A stretch of 64,000 bases of DNA from positions 1-64,000 of the forward strand of contig NW_026926606.1 of NCBI RefSeq assembly GCF_032062105.1, in the 5' to 3' direction. This document shows positions 53,125-64,000 of this stretch, one piece after another. The notes beneath the pieces are model-generated. The model was not told the DNA's origin and made no database searches. It saw only the letters and a list, made by a program, of their open reading frames with translations. The position numbers and the translations under genes are program-made. Numbering within the stretch: position 1 is the first letter of the stretch; every line of letters starts with the position of its first letter. The stretch is from Saccostrea cucullata (Eukaryota).

Positions 53125-53288
53125 TAAACAATAAAATGTCTTTCTTTGTTTGTTGTTACTGGAATGAACGGTCGCAGCTGTTGCAGAAAAATTTACATAA
53201 CCCGCTTACGCGGGTTATGTATTTTTTCTGCAACAGCTGCTTCCGTTCATTCCAGTAACAACAACCAAAGAAAGCATTTTATTGTTTA
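53125..53288. mobile_element. ~164-bp near-perfect hairpin, Crypton-like terminus
   Basis: taaacaataaaatg..gttgttactggaatgaacgg..gcagctgttgcagaaaaa..acataacccgc[tta]cgcgggttatgt, with the left arm mirrored on the right. Confidence 0.65.
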
Positions 53289-53296
53289 AATATTTA

Positions 53297-53485
53297 CCCA
53301 GCAGGCACACAACATTGAATAAACTTTAAATCAACGTTGTTTTTCTATGTTGATTCAACATTGATTTTATGTTAGATTTTGAAAATTTGTATCAACGTTG
53401 AAGTCTTAACATTGAATCAACATTGATAATCAACGTTGATTATATGTTGAAATATATGATATAGTTGATTCAACATTTATTCAAT
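53297..53485. mobile_element. Left end of an EnSpm/CMC-like non-autonomous element
   Basis: CCCAGCAGGCACACAAC start, then many (AA)TCAAC(G/A)TTGA motifs; no right end seen. Confidence 0.45.
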
Positions 53486-54594
53486 TATTCATTTTGGAAA
53501 GGGGGTGTCATATAGAAGTTATTTTGGCATACATTACGTACATTTGCATGTCATACTCCAAAAGAAGCCAATTACTTTGGAAGGTTTTAAACTAAGATTG
53601 CAAAAGGAATATGTGTGCATAACTAACCGACCGTTACATTGAAATACGTACTGTATATATGTATGAGCACACTTCAAGACAGATGTCTCAAACGGCATAA
53701 AATGAGTTAATTAATTGTGCAGGTAAACATCTCGTCTCTATGTACCTGAGGATCATTCTAAAGGAAATACATCACCGACTTCCTATAAATCTACAAAAAT
53801 CCTTTATTTTTTTTAGAGAAACAAAAACACCAATTTTTATAACAACGTTTTTTTTTAAAAAGACACTATAAAGATATTATTAAACTATTTAAACTGAAAT
53901 ACTATTTGTAAATATCGGCCTCTCGACATCTTTAATCAGCGCAGATTTTAAAGTTATTGTCAATTTAAATTCATTACAAAGACTCCAATTCAATAAAAAA
54001 AAAAATCCATAAACACGACACTGGTATATCGATCATGTGACGCAGATACACAACCAATTTACATAAGACGGCAGCCATTACATACTCTCTTCCTGTCAAG
54101 GTAAAGTTTATATTACTTGAAAATTTGAAATACTCTTGACATTTTCTACTAGTTATAATGAATCTTTGCTGTAGATTAGTCATGCATTTTATTAGTAATG
54201 AATTTACAAAATTGAAAACCCTTTAAAAGAAGAAAGTCTCGTAAAAGGTAAAGCAGAGACATGAATGGAGTGAACTTTATATGTCTTTGAATAAGATACA
54301 AAATGTATCTTATGATATCTCGCTCAACAAAAAAGGGAACTTTGACCAATTAACTACCTTGACACTTAAAATATCTTATTTTGAAAATCTCTTTTAAACT
54401 TAAACAATGTCTACATTATAAAAAAACACATGTTTGAGAGGTCTAGACTATGATTAAGGTACAAACATTCTTCAGTGACCTATGCTGTTATAATTAACAA
54501 TTCCTTTGGTGATGGATCACAATGTGATTTACGTAATCGTGTGATCTTAAAAAATATTCCAACAGAGCAAATGCTATTCATGCATAACGCCATA

Positions 54595-55339
54595 GGAACG
54601 ACTTTACTTTACCAGTCCCCAGAAAAACGCGCTAAAATGTAGTGTCGCCGAAGGCGACTTCAGTATATATGAGATCGCGTGTGCGATCGAAAAAAAATTT
54701 AAATACGAGGTTTTTTGGCCTTTTGACCCCAAAATTGAGTTCTACGGTTAAAAGTTTAGTTTAAAACTTTGTTTTTAAACAAATTTTTGAACCTCGTTCT
54801 CTGAAAAAAATTAATAAATAGTTGTTTGTTCATGGAAAAAATTGACAAAGAATAATTCTGAACGAAGCGCGTGCGGCGCATGCTTAGTGTCATTTCTTTC
54901 GGACTTAGCCAATCTTCCATGTAAACAAACGAAGGAAATGCCTATGAATCTGAATTATTATCTTGGAAAAATTACAGAAAGAACTGAATCTCTTAACTTT
55001 ACTAAAAGAACGATTCACTAACCCTAATCCATCGTATGGTATGCAAGGACTAAGACGTTCAGACGAAATCTCCCGGGCGGATGCTAAACTAACCCTAATC
55101 AGTCGAATAATGTGCGAGGACTAACCCTAATCTCTCGGATGAATGCGAGACTAACCCTAATCAGTCGAATACTAGTGCAAGGACTAACCCTAATCTCTCA
55201 GGTGGGTGCAAGACTAACCCTAATCAGTCGAATAGTGTGCAAATTTAACCCATTTCAGTTGAGTGACGTAGTTGTTACGTCATAGTCCAATCAGCGCGAG
55301 GATCTTGCGTATCTGAAACCGGTAAAGTAAAGTCTACCC
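54595..55339. mobile_element. Non-autonomous TIR element (745 bp, 8-bp TSD) carrying a telomere-motif array
   Basis: TSD ACGCCATA at 54587-54594 and 55340-55347. Ends GGAACGACTTTACTTTACCAGT / ACCGGTAAAGTAAAGTCTACCC. Confidence 0.85.
55017..55255. repeat. Array of ACTAACCCTAATC with two alternating linker types
   Basis: Exact 13-mer at 55017, 55088, 55120, 55150, 55183 and 55213; degenerate copies near 55049 and 55244. Confidence 0.95.
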
Positions 55340-55364
55340 ACGCCATATTCACTGAATTACGTTG

Positions 55365-56171
55365 TTTATCCTGCAACTACCCCTTGCATTGACCTAATAA
55401 AGGTAACCTAATAAACCAAAGCTTTATCCGGTCACTGCCCTAATAAAGCCTCGTGCATGTATTCCGACGTTCTAAAAGCATTGTGACGTCATGTATACTA
55501 CAGTGTTTACGCCATGGCGTCATAGTTTCAACCGCAGAGATGTGCCTAAATCTGTCGAAAATAGCTAGTTTTGGACGTTCAAATGTGCAGAAAATGTTGC
55601 AGGATAAACAAAATACATGATATCTGTCTTGAAATATAAGCGATATTTGGGCTCGGGTCGAAAACGTAAGAGGGCTCGGCAAGCCTCGCCCTCTATCACG
55701 TTTTCTTACCCTCGCCCAAATATCGCTTATATTTCAAGACAGTAACCATGTATTTTATATTTATCCTGCAACTACCCCTTGCATTGACCTAATAAAGGTA
55801 ACCTAATAAACCAAAGCTTTATCCGGTCACTGCCCTAATAAAGCCTCGTGCATGTATTCCGACGTTCTAAAAGCATTGTGACGTCACGTATATTGCAATG
55901 TTTACGCCATGGCGTCATAGTTTCAACTGCAGATACATGTATGTGCCTAAATCTGTCGGAAATACTAGTAGCTTGTTTTCGACGTTCAAATGTAAGAAAT
56001 ATGTTGCAGGATAAACAAAATACATGATAACTGTCTTGAAATAAAAGCGATATTTGGGCTCGGGTCGAAAACGTAAGAGGGCTCGGCAAGCCTCGCCCTC
56101 TATCACGTTTCCTTACCCTCGCCCAAATATCGTCTATATTTCAAGACAGTAACCATGTATTTTATATTTAT
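55365..56171. mobile_element. Head-to-tail dimer of a ~395-bp Crypton-like element
   Basis: Units start tttatcctgcaac at 55365 and 55760. Internal inverted gttgcaggataaa and a ~145-bp terminal hairpin centred on gagggctcggcaagcctcgccctc. Confidence 0.8.
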
Positions 56172-57196
56172 TATCTGTACTAATAGTTTTTGCATTAGAA
56201 TGACAAAGGAAATGCATATGCGTACTATTGTGCTCGTCATGATTCATAGCAATAACTGATGTTATCAGTTCCCATGCCTTTACAACAACTACACTTTATT
56301 TCTGATGCATATAACGAAAAGATTTTGTATTGATACTTGCATATTTTTCATTCAATTTAGTGTCAATAAAATGCAAGACAATGTCTTTAAAGTGTATGAA
56401 AAATAAGTGTTCCTTTTAGGTGTAAAAATGTACGAAACTTCAGTGATTTTTTGCTAATTACATTTACATGTATACGATTTCCCTCACAGCTTACAATAAA
56501 AATATATAAATATAAATAACTCTAACTTAATTACCATTTTCATTATTTTAATATTTTCTTCTTGTGCTTTAAAGCTATAAATTTCATTACATTTTAAATA
56601 GAGAAACGATGTAATTAATTCATTCAAATAAAATGATATTTTAACAGAGTTGTTCGTTTCACTGTGAAAACAAGAGAAAAAAAGTGTTATTTTCGAAGTG
56701 AAGATATAAAATTATCAAACTGTCCTTATCTTTACGGTTTACAATACTCCCTATGAGATATGGTATAAACACATTTCCCAAGCCAACGCCAGATAATGGG
56801 CGATAGGGGATACACCCCCACCCCACCCTCGCCTTTAAAAACAAAGAAACAAAAAAAAAAATCCAATCATGTTTCGTGAATATTTTCATTTTCATTCCTA
56901 CTTTACCCTCTTGACAAAAAACTACAAAACATTATTTTAAAAAATGATAAAACAAACTGTTTCCAATATGAGAGCAATTGCATTTAGGGAGTCATAATTG
57001 CAAATATAGCTACAGATTCATTGGGGTACAGAATCATTCACATGGGGATAAAACCTGAACTATAACTATCAAATATCACAATAAATAATTATACATTTTA
57101 CAACCAATTTAAGTTAGTAAAACATTTTCTCCTACAAAAATTTTAAAATAATTTTAAACTTCAACCGATTTATATTTCAGAGTTATCAGTTTAAGT

Positions 57197-58888
57197 ATGG
57201 ATACTGCTACCAGTGCCCCGGAAATCACGCAATGTGACCTTTGTGAGACTGTTGAGGTAGAGATACACTGTGATTCCTGTCTTGTCAATCTCTGTAAGGC
57301 TTGTGTGGGAGCACACATGATCTCTGATGAATCCAAGGATCACAGACTCCTTAAATATCAGTCCAGGAAACCTACCCGCCTCTACCCTGAATGTAAATTT
57401 CATAACAAGCAACATTGCACAATGTACTGTAACAAATGTGACATTCCAGCGTGTAAAAAGTGTCTTGCATCTGATGAACATGAAACTCATCAGATATCAG
57501 AAATCTTAAAAGTTGTCAATGAAAAAAAAGATAAATTAATCAAAGAACGAAATGAATTATATGAGACAGTTTACCCCACCTACCAGAACATTGCCTCTGA
57601 TGTACAAAGTAGAATGAATCAGTTAGAAAAGGAGTGTGGAGTTCTTTCTTCAGCAATAGCAAAACATGGAATGGCCTGGCACAGAGAAATTGACAAACTT
57701 TCAACAAAACTCAAAGCTGAAATTGATGAGATGAAAAATACACAGCTACAAACTCTACAGAAACATCTGGATGAAAGAAACAAGAAAATTTCTGACATTA
57801 AGAATGAAATCATTTCAATTGAAAGAGCAATAGATGCTAATGACTTGTCGAAACTATTTAATGTAACATCCAATGCACATTTATACAGTAATCTTCCACA
57901 AAAAATTGTTCCTTCTCTGCCAAAATTCATTCCTGGAAAAATACAAGGAGAAGAATTCAGTAAAGTATTTGGAGCCTTATCATCAAGTTCTTTAACATCA
58001 GATGATCATGGCTACAGCATGAAATTAATAAAGCACCAGAAGCTGGATTCTCTCCTCCAGTCAAACAGCTGCGTGACGAACCAGAAATTGTAACAATTAT
58101 AGAAACTGGGTACGAATACCTTATCAATGTAGCCTGTCTGAGTGAAGAAGAAATCTGGACAAGAGGAAACAACAGCACTATGAAACTTTACAGCATCAAT
58201 CAGGGATCACTTCTCAAGTCAATCAAAACCAAGTCAGGGAACATACCATTGGACATTGCAGTAACGAAAAGTGGAGATCTAGTTTACACTGATGTTAGTG
58301 ATAGAACTGTGAACATTATGAAGAATAAGAAGATAGAAAACGTCATCAGACTCCAGAACTGGACACCTCGAGGTGTCTGTAGTACCTTCTCTGGTGACCT
58401 CCTAGTTACCATGTGTAGTCATGATGACAAACAATCAAAAATTGTCCGTTACTCTGGCTCCACAGAGAAACAAACCATTCAGTTTGATAATCAAGGAAAA
58501 CCTCTCTATTCGCTTTACACGTGTATAACAGAAAATAGGAATTTGGATATTTGTGTATCTGACAATAAAGTTAGGGCTGTAGTTGTGGTCAATCATGCTG
58601 GGAAACTGAGATTCAGATACACTGGACATACGCCTGCTCCGAAGAACAAACCATTCATTCCACTTGGAATCACTACAGACAGTCAGAGTCACATTCTTAC
58701 AGCTGATGATAACAATGACTGTGTCCACATCATAGACCAGGATGGACACTTCCTCCGCTACATAGAATGTGGTTTGAGTGATCCCCGTGGGACTTTGTAC
58801 AGATATAAATGACTATCTGTATGTTGCTCAGTGGAGAAACAGACAAGTAAAGAAAATCAAATATCTGGGTAAATGTATCACGATTTAG
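57197..58888 (+). pseudogene. TRIM-like gene copy G with two frameshifts
   Basis: ORFs 57197-58093 and 58180-58812. Small deletion near 58030 and an extra C in atccccgtgg near 58785; ends KIKYLGKCITI*. Acceptor at 57179-57180. Confidence 0.88.
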
Positions 58889-58964
58889 AAAAAAAACCCA
58901 ATAAATAATGATAACAAACATTTTTTCTTGATTCAATTCACAATTATATATGTATATGAATGAA

Positions 58965-59665
58965 ATATTGGAGATAACGAACAGTATTCAAGCTCTGGAA
59001 ACAATACAAATTGGAGCAGAGCAAACACAGACGTCAAAACCATCAGAGGTGGGATCAGATGCCATGGAGGAGTGAGCATCTACTGCCAACTGGTCATACC
59101 CGCCGTGTGCTCTTTGTCATGATCGGGAAATACCCGGTACCGGAAAAATCCGTCGACAATTCGGTGTGTAAATAATGGCCAAACAATTACTGAGAAGGTC
59201 ATTGTATCGACCATAGAATGTTGACTTTAAATGAGATTGCTGATATTCTTGTTTTATCAACTTGTCTGTCAGTAATTTACCTCGTTTTAATAAATGCACA
59301 TATGTATAGCATGTTATTTCGTATCGAATCAACTGAGATATATAAACCCTGTTTGCAGGTGATTAAGGTATATTGCTGCATAAATAAGGGAAGTTGAAGA
59401 TTGAAACTTATAATCATCATGTTTATCATAGAGCTTGATTGTTGGATTACCATTACGACCTTTTTCAAGAAAAATATCCAAATATGAAACAGATGAGTCA
59501 GACTCTGTGATATCTATCAATTCAAGCTCACCGGGATATATCGCATCGACAAAAGAATGGAAATAACCTGGAAATTACAAGAATAGATCTGCTAATAACG
59601 GGACGCAATTGGTACCCATGGGAATTCTAATAGATTGTTGGAAGACATTGTCTCCGAAAACCACG
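58965..59665 (-). mobile_element. Penelope-like element fragment
   Basis: Reverse strand encodes VVFGDNVFQQSIRIPMGTNCVPLLADLFL, ITESDSSVSYLDIFL..KLYDKHDD and the conserved tail. Confidence 0.85.
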
Positions 59666-60384
59666 AGTTTTTACTGAAAAAGCATCTGTCAATGGTATCA
59701 AAATGGTTGTTATTAGATAGATGGGTAATGGTTGCATATAAAGTTGAAAAGTCTTAAGGTTTTATGTTGTTGATTTTGGTAAGATTTTGTGATTTCAACT
59801 TTTCTAAAAGTTCCTCGGTATTTTTTAATTGAGTATCCACATCTGCTTCACATAACCTCTACTGTGCGCAGGGTTTCGAAAAAATAGACAGATGTTTCGT
59901 TAATATTTTTCTGTCATTTGTTTCCTTCCTGACCTCATAATCTGCATTTCATTGACCTTGTAAATCTAATAATCAAATAGTACTACTAGTATATTAAAAA
60001 ACTCGTTTTCTATGTGATTCTGTGCAATAGTTTACTTAGCACATATTTTTAGCATCGTTAAAAACACAAATAATATTCTCCATCTTGAACTTTTTGGTTG
60101 CCTTTTTGGAGATAAATTTAGGCAAAAGTATTGCTGATTTCTAAATAAAAAGTATGTGCAATTTAGCCTTAATATACAATTAACCGAAACAGCAATCGGC
60201 CTAGCTTAAAAATAATGAAATAGAAAAAAATGAGATCTGTACGCAGGGTATAAGACATGGACCCCTAAAAATTCCAGAGGTGGGATCAAGTGCCTAGGAG
60301 GAATAAGCATCCCCTCCGAACTGTCACACCCTCTGTGACCCCTTATGTAATAAGCAAATCCTACAGTGCCTTGTTAGATAATAT

Positions 60385-61465
60385 AACACTTGCTGTGGCC
60401 TTCATCTTGACATTTAGATATATCGACGACGTACTGTCAATTAAAAATGGTAATTTCCATTCTTATATCGATACGATATATCCTGGCAAGCTTGATATAA
60501 ATATAAAATACATGGTTACTGTCTTGAAATATAAGCGATATTTGGGCGAGGGTAAGAAAACGTGATAGAGGGCGAGGCTTGCCGAGCCCTCTTACGTTTT
60601 CGACCCGAGCCCAAATATCGCTTATATTTCAAGACAGTTATCATGTATTTTGTTTATCCTGCAACATTTTTCTTACATTTAAACGTCCAAAACAAGCTAT
60701 TTCCGACAGATTTAGGCACATCTCTACAGTTGAAACTATGACGCCATGGCGTAAACATTGCAGTATGCGTGACGTCACAATGCTTTTAGAACGTCGGAAT
60801 AAATGCACGAGGCTTTATTAGGGCAGTGACCAGATAAAGCTTTGGTTTATTAGGTTACCTTTATTAGGTCAATGCAAGGGGTAGTTGCAGGATAAAATTT
60901 AACAAAGTCTGACACATCTGTTTCATATTTAGATAATTACCTTGAAAATGACCTTAATGGTAACCTAACAACCAAACTCTATGATAAACGTGTTGACTTT
61001 AACTTTTCTATCGTTAACTTCCCTTGCTTATGCAGCAATATACCTTCATCACCTGCATACGGAGTTTATGTATGAACAATTTTTAAAACGAGGTAAATTA
61101 TTGACAAACAAGTTAATGAAACAAGAATTTCAGAAGGGTCGTTTAAAGTCATCATTTCGTAATTTCTATGGTCGATAGAATGACCTTGTCAGCAATTTAT
61201 CATTGAGTCAAATGCTGACTGACGTTTTTCATACTAATTGTTAGTCCATTATCTATATACTGAATTGTAGACGGATTTTTCCGTTATTTCCTGATCAGAA
61301 CACGGAGCATACGGCGGGTTTGACCGGTCAGCAGAGGATGCTTACTCCTCCATGGCACCTGATCCCACCTCTGATGTTTTGGAGGTCCGTGTTTGCTCTG
61401 CTCCTGTTTTGTATTGTTTTATGGACTTTTGATCTGGAATACTCTTTGTTATCTCCATATATTTC
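60385..61465 (+). mobile_element. Penelope-like fragment interrupted by a Crypton-like element
   Basis: LAVAFILTFRYIDDVLSIKNGNFHSYIDTIYPGKL before the insert, then LTTKLYDKR..FLKRGKLLTNKLMKQ..FYGR and the tail. An isolated inverted tail lies at ~60255-60335. Confidence 0.88.
60497..60896. mobile_element. Third, inverted copy of the ~395-bp Crypton-like element
   Basis: Reverse complement of 55365-55764, bounded by ATAAA at both ends. Confidence 0.85.
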
Positions 61466-62029
61466 ATCCAAACTATTTTCCCCTTCTTTCATTTATAATC
61501 CTTTTGGAGTCATGAATACTTATGATGTAAATATAGCTAAACATAAAGACCAAAAACAGCAATAATTTCAAAATGTCCAATGTCAAGTGCCTTGGTCTGT
61601 AAAATTGCGATACAACGTCATTTCTAGTATGAATATGCTAGATAATGGGATAAATATGAAAAGGAACAATTCAAAACTCTAACAGAAAGAAGAGATAGCT
61701 TTAAAAGCTATTGAGGGATCGTAACAGAAAACTGAAATCCAAAATGAAGACCCCTGTCCTCCATCTTTCAGTAAACTTCAAATAACAAATACAATGGAAA
61801 AGCTTCATGAAATAAAACCGTTTTATTAGTGGAAGCTAATCATATTTCAGCTAGTTTTCAATACTTGTAACATTCCATACAATCAAATTGAATTTGAACT
61901 TATACTGGATTCCTACCTGACATAAATAATTTTTAAAAAACCTTTTAATGAAATATGAAAATAACGCACAGTATTCCAGCTCACAAGTCCCTTTTAAAAG
62001 ATTTTTTTTGCCAGATCGAGGCATAGCAA

Positions 62030-62700
62030 ACAAGGACCTCTAAAACATCCTGAATGTGAGACATCCTGAATGTGAGAGCAGGTGCCATGGAGTAGAAAAC
62101 ATATCCTGTCGACCTGTCACACCCACCGTGTACTCATCATATGACCAGAAAAAATTGACCAAATGGGAAAATCCGATTTAGTGTGAAAATAATGATTTTA
62201 CAATTTGTATGAATAACGTCAGTCAACATTCGACGGTGTTTGCCGACAAGGTTAATGTATCAACCATAGATTTGCAAATTGTTGACTGTAAATAAACCTG
62301 TAAATATTCTTGTTTCATCAACTTATTTGTCAATAGCTTGCCTCGTTATTGTTCATCATTAGAGCATGCTCTTGCATATTGAATCAACAGAGAGACATAA
62401 ACTCCATATGTAGGTGACAACAGTTTACTGCTACATGAAAAAAGGAAAGATGATTGAAAGGTTGAAAACATCAGTTTATCATAGAGGTTTATTGTTACAT
62501 CAACATCTTTTTCTAGTAAAATACCTCAATAAGAAACAGATGTGTTACTCTGTGGAATTGTTTTATCTAAGTTCAAAGGGATATACTGAATCAATGTAGC
62601 TATGAAAATGAATATTGTTAATTGATAAAACATTGTTGATACAGTGTATATTGAAATATTGAATCAAAGGCTACAGCAAGAGATTCTTTTGAACAGATTA
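62030..62700 (-). mobile_element. Old Penelope-like fragment
   Basis: caggtgccatggag..cctgtcgacctgtcacaccc tail and agagcatgctcttgcatattgaatcaac (LIQYARACS). Confidence 0.7.
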
Positions 62701-62852
62701 TGCTTCATAACTTTTTTTCCTTAAATTTGCATTTAACCTTGTTTCAAAGAAACTATTCAAGGTATTTTCATGTTAGCTTATGAAGTGAATGATACATAAT
62801 TAACTGAGAATTTTATCACTGTGTACATTTTTTTTTTGGTTTTACCGTCTTT

Positions 62853-62883
<31 letters not shown>

Positions 62884-64000
62884 GTAAAGTCAACATACAC
62901 TGTACATGTATCTATGGATCTAGGCCCTCATGAATGGGCTTTATTAGTATGCTATATACACAGCACTTCTTTGATGACTATGAAAACATTTCAATATAAG
63001 CAAGTTTTGAAAATAAAATAAACCATAATTAAATGACCAAAAAAGAGTAATTCTTTCAGAAACAGTTCTTAGAAAAATGAATAATTAAGTTATAACTTAA
63101 CAAATGTCAGATTACCACGTATTTATTTTACAGTTCAAGGAGTTCATGGGTGATTTCTAATTATAACAAAACAATTTTTGTTGTCAATGAATAGAATTAT
63201 TCAATTAAAGTTAACCAACTACAAGAACATGCTTTATAAATAAATACAATATCATTTGAATTTAAAATAATAATAAAATTATTTAACAAAAAAGAAAAAT
63301 AAGTTTTTAAAATGTTGTACATCTTAACATTAAATAATGAAAAGATAGCTACCTAAAAAAAAATTCAAATGGACAAAATATAAATAAAAATAGTGCCTCC
63401 ATATAACAAGTGAGATGTTATAATTTATCACAGTTTATTAGAATGACTCAGTGAAGACTAGAATATATTGGAAGCATTATTTTAAAAGGCTTGGTACATT
63501 CAGCATAACTATAATGTATAACTCTGTGTTCTTACTCCTAAGAGTACAAAGAAACTACATATATATACAGCGTATATACAAACATTATTCTATTTACTAA
63601 TGCCCAGAATACATTTTCAAAAAACATATACATATAAACATGTATTTTTTCATTATTTAGTGAAAAAAAATTTTAAATGTATACAACTGAACGAAAGATG
63701 AGAGAGATGTGCATTTTAGGATTTTTTAGATTTAGATTTATAGGATTTTTTCATAGATTAAGATATACTGTTAGAAATTCCACAGAGAGGGTGGTGAAAA
63801 TGCCAAAAAGAAACTGGTTTTAACAAGTAATTATAGGGATTATTTCAACCTTAGAAAGGTTTGAAATGTTTTCCGTTCATTAATTTAAATGAATAAGCCA
63901 ATGTCATATTTCAAAATGTAAACTCAATAAACATTTTCTTTAAAATAGTCACTCTTTTTATGTGAACAAGCATGAATTAAATATAAACATACACTACTTG

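Noticed and set aside
55017-55255. CRISPR-like repeat-spacer appearance
   Set aside because: The repeat is only 13 bp, the spacers are homologous in two alternating classes, there are no cas genes, and it sits inside a eukaryotic TE.
55440-60821. Three similar 80-84-aa ORFs (MPSPLTFSTRAQ..) as a small gene family
   Set aside because: They start at a TTG inside the hairpin of a repeated non-coding element and show no recognisable domain.
2522-61465. Diversity-generating retroelement (RT beside variable genes)
   Set aside because: The RTs are decayed Penelope and Gypsy types; no template/variable repeat pair or adenine-specific variation is visible.

Overview
AT-rich animal genomic scaffold with two N-gaps. 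It is probably a bivalve, most likely an oyster, inferred from a ~165-bp Cg170-like satellite in Helentron-type elements and oyster-type SINE and Penelope families recognised from memory. The core is a birth-and-death tandem cluster of seven RING-less TRIM-like genes (2x B-box, coiled coil, NHL-like beta-propeller), each with one coding exon. Two are intact (23481-25169 -, 48110-49780 +) and five are disrupted; two further duplicated cassettes lack the coding exon. The paralogues keep the propeller scaffold but differ sharply at the inferred ligand-binding face, suggesting a diversifying innate-recognition repertoire. Between the genes are nested TEs: a decayed full-length Gypsy with very short LTRs, a Tc1, Ginger-, Kolobok- and MULE-like non-autonomous elements, HINEs, Crypton-like hairpin elements and about ten Penelope-like RT fragments. 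There is also a TIR element carrying a telomere-motif array and an orphan frameshifted HECTD1 terminal exon that the ORF track misses. Alignments were done by eye; no searches were run.
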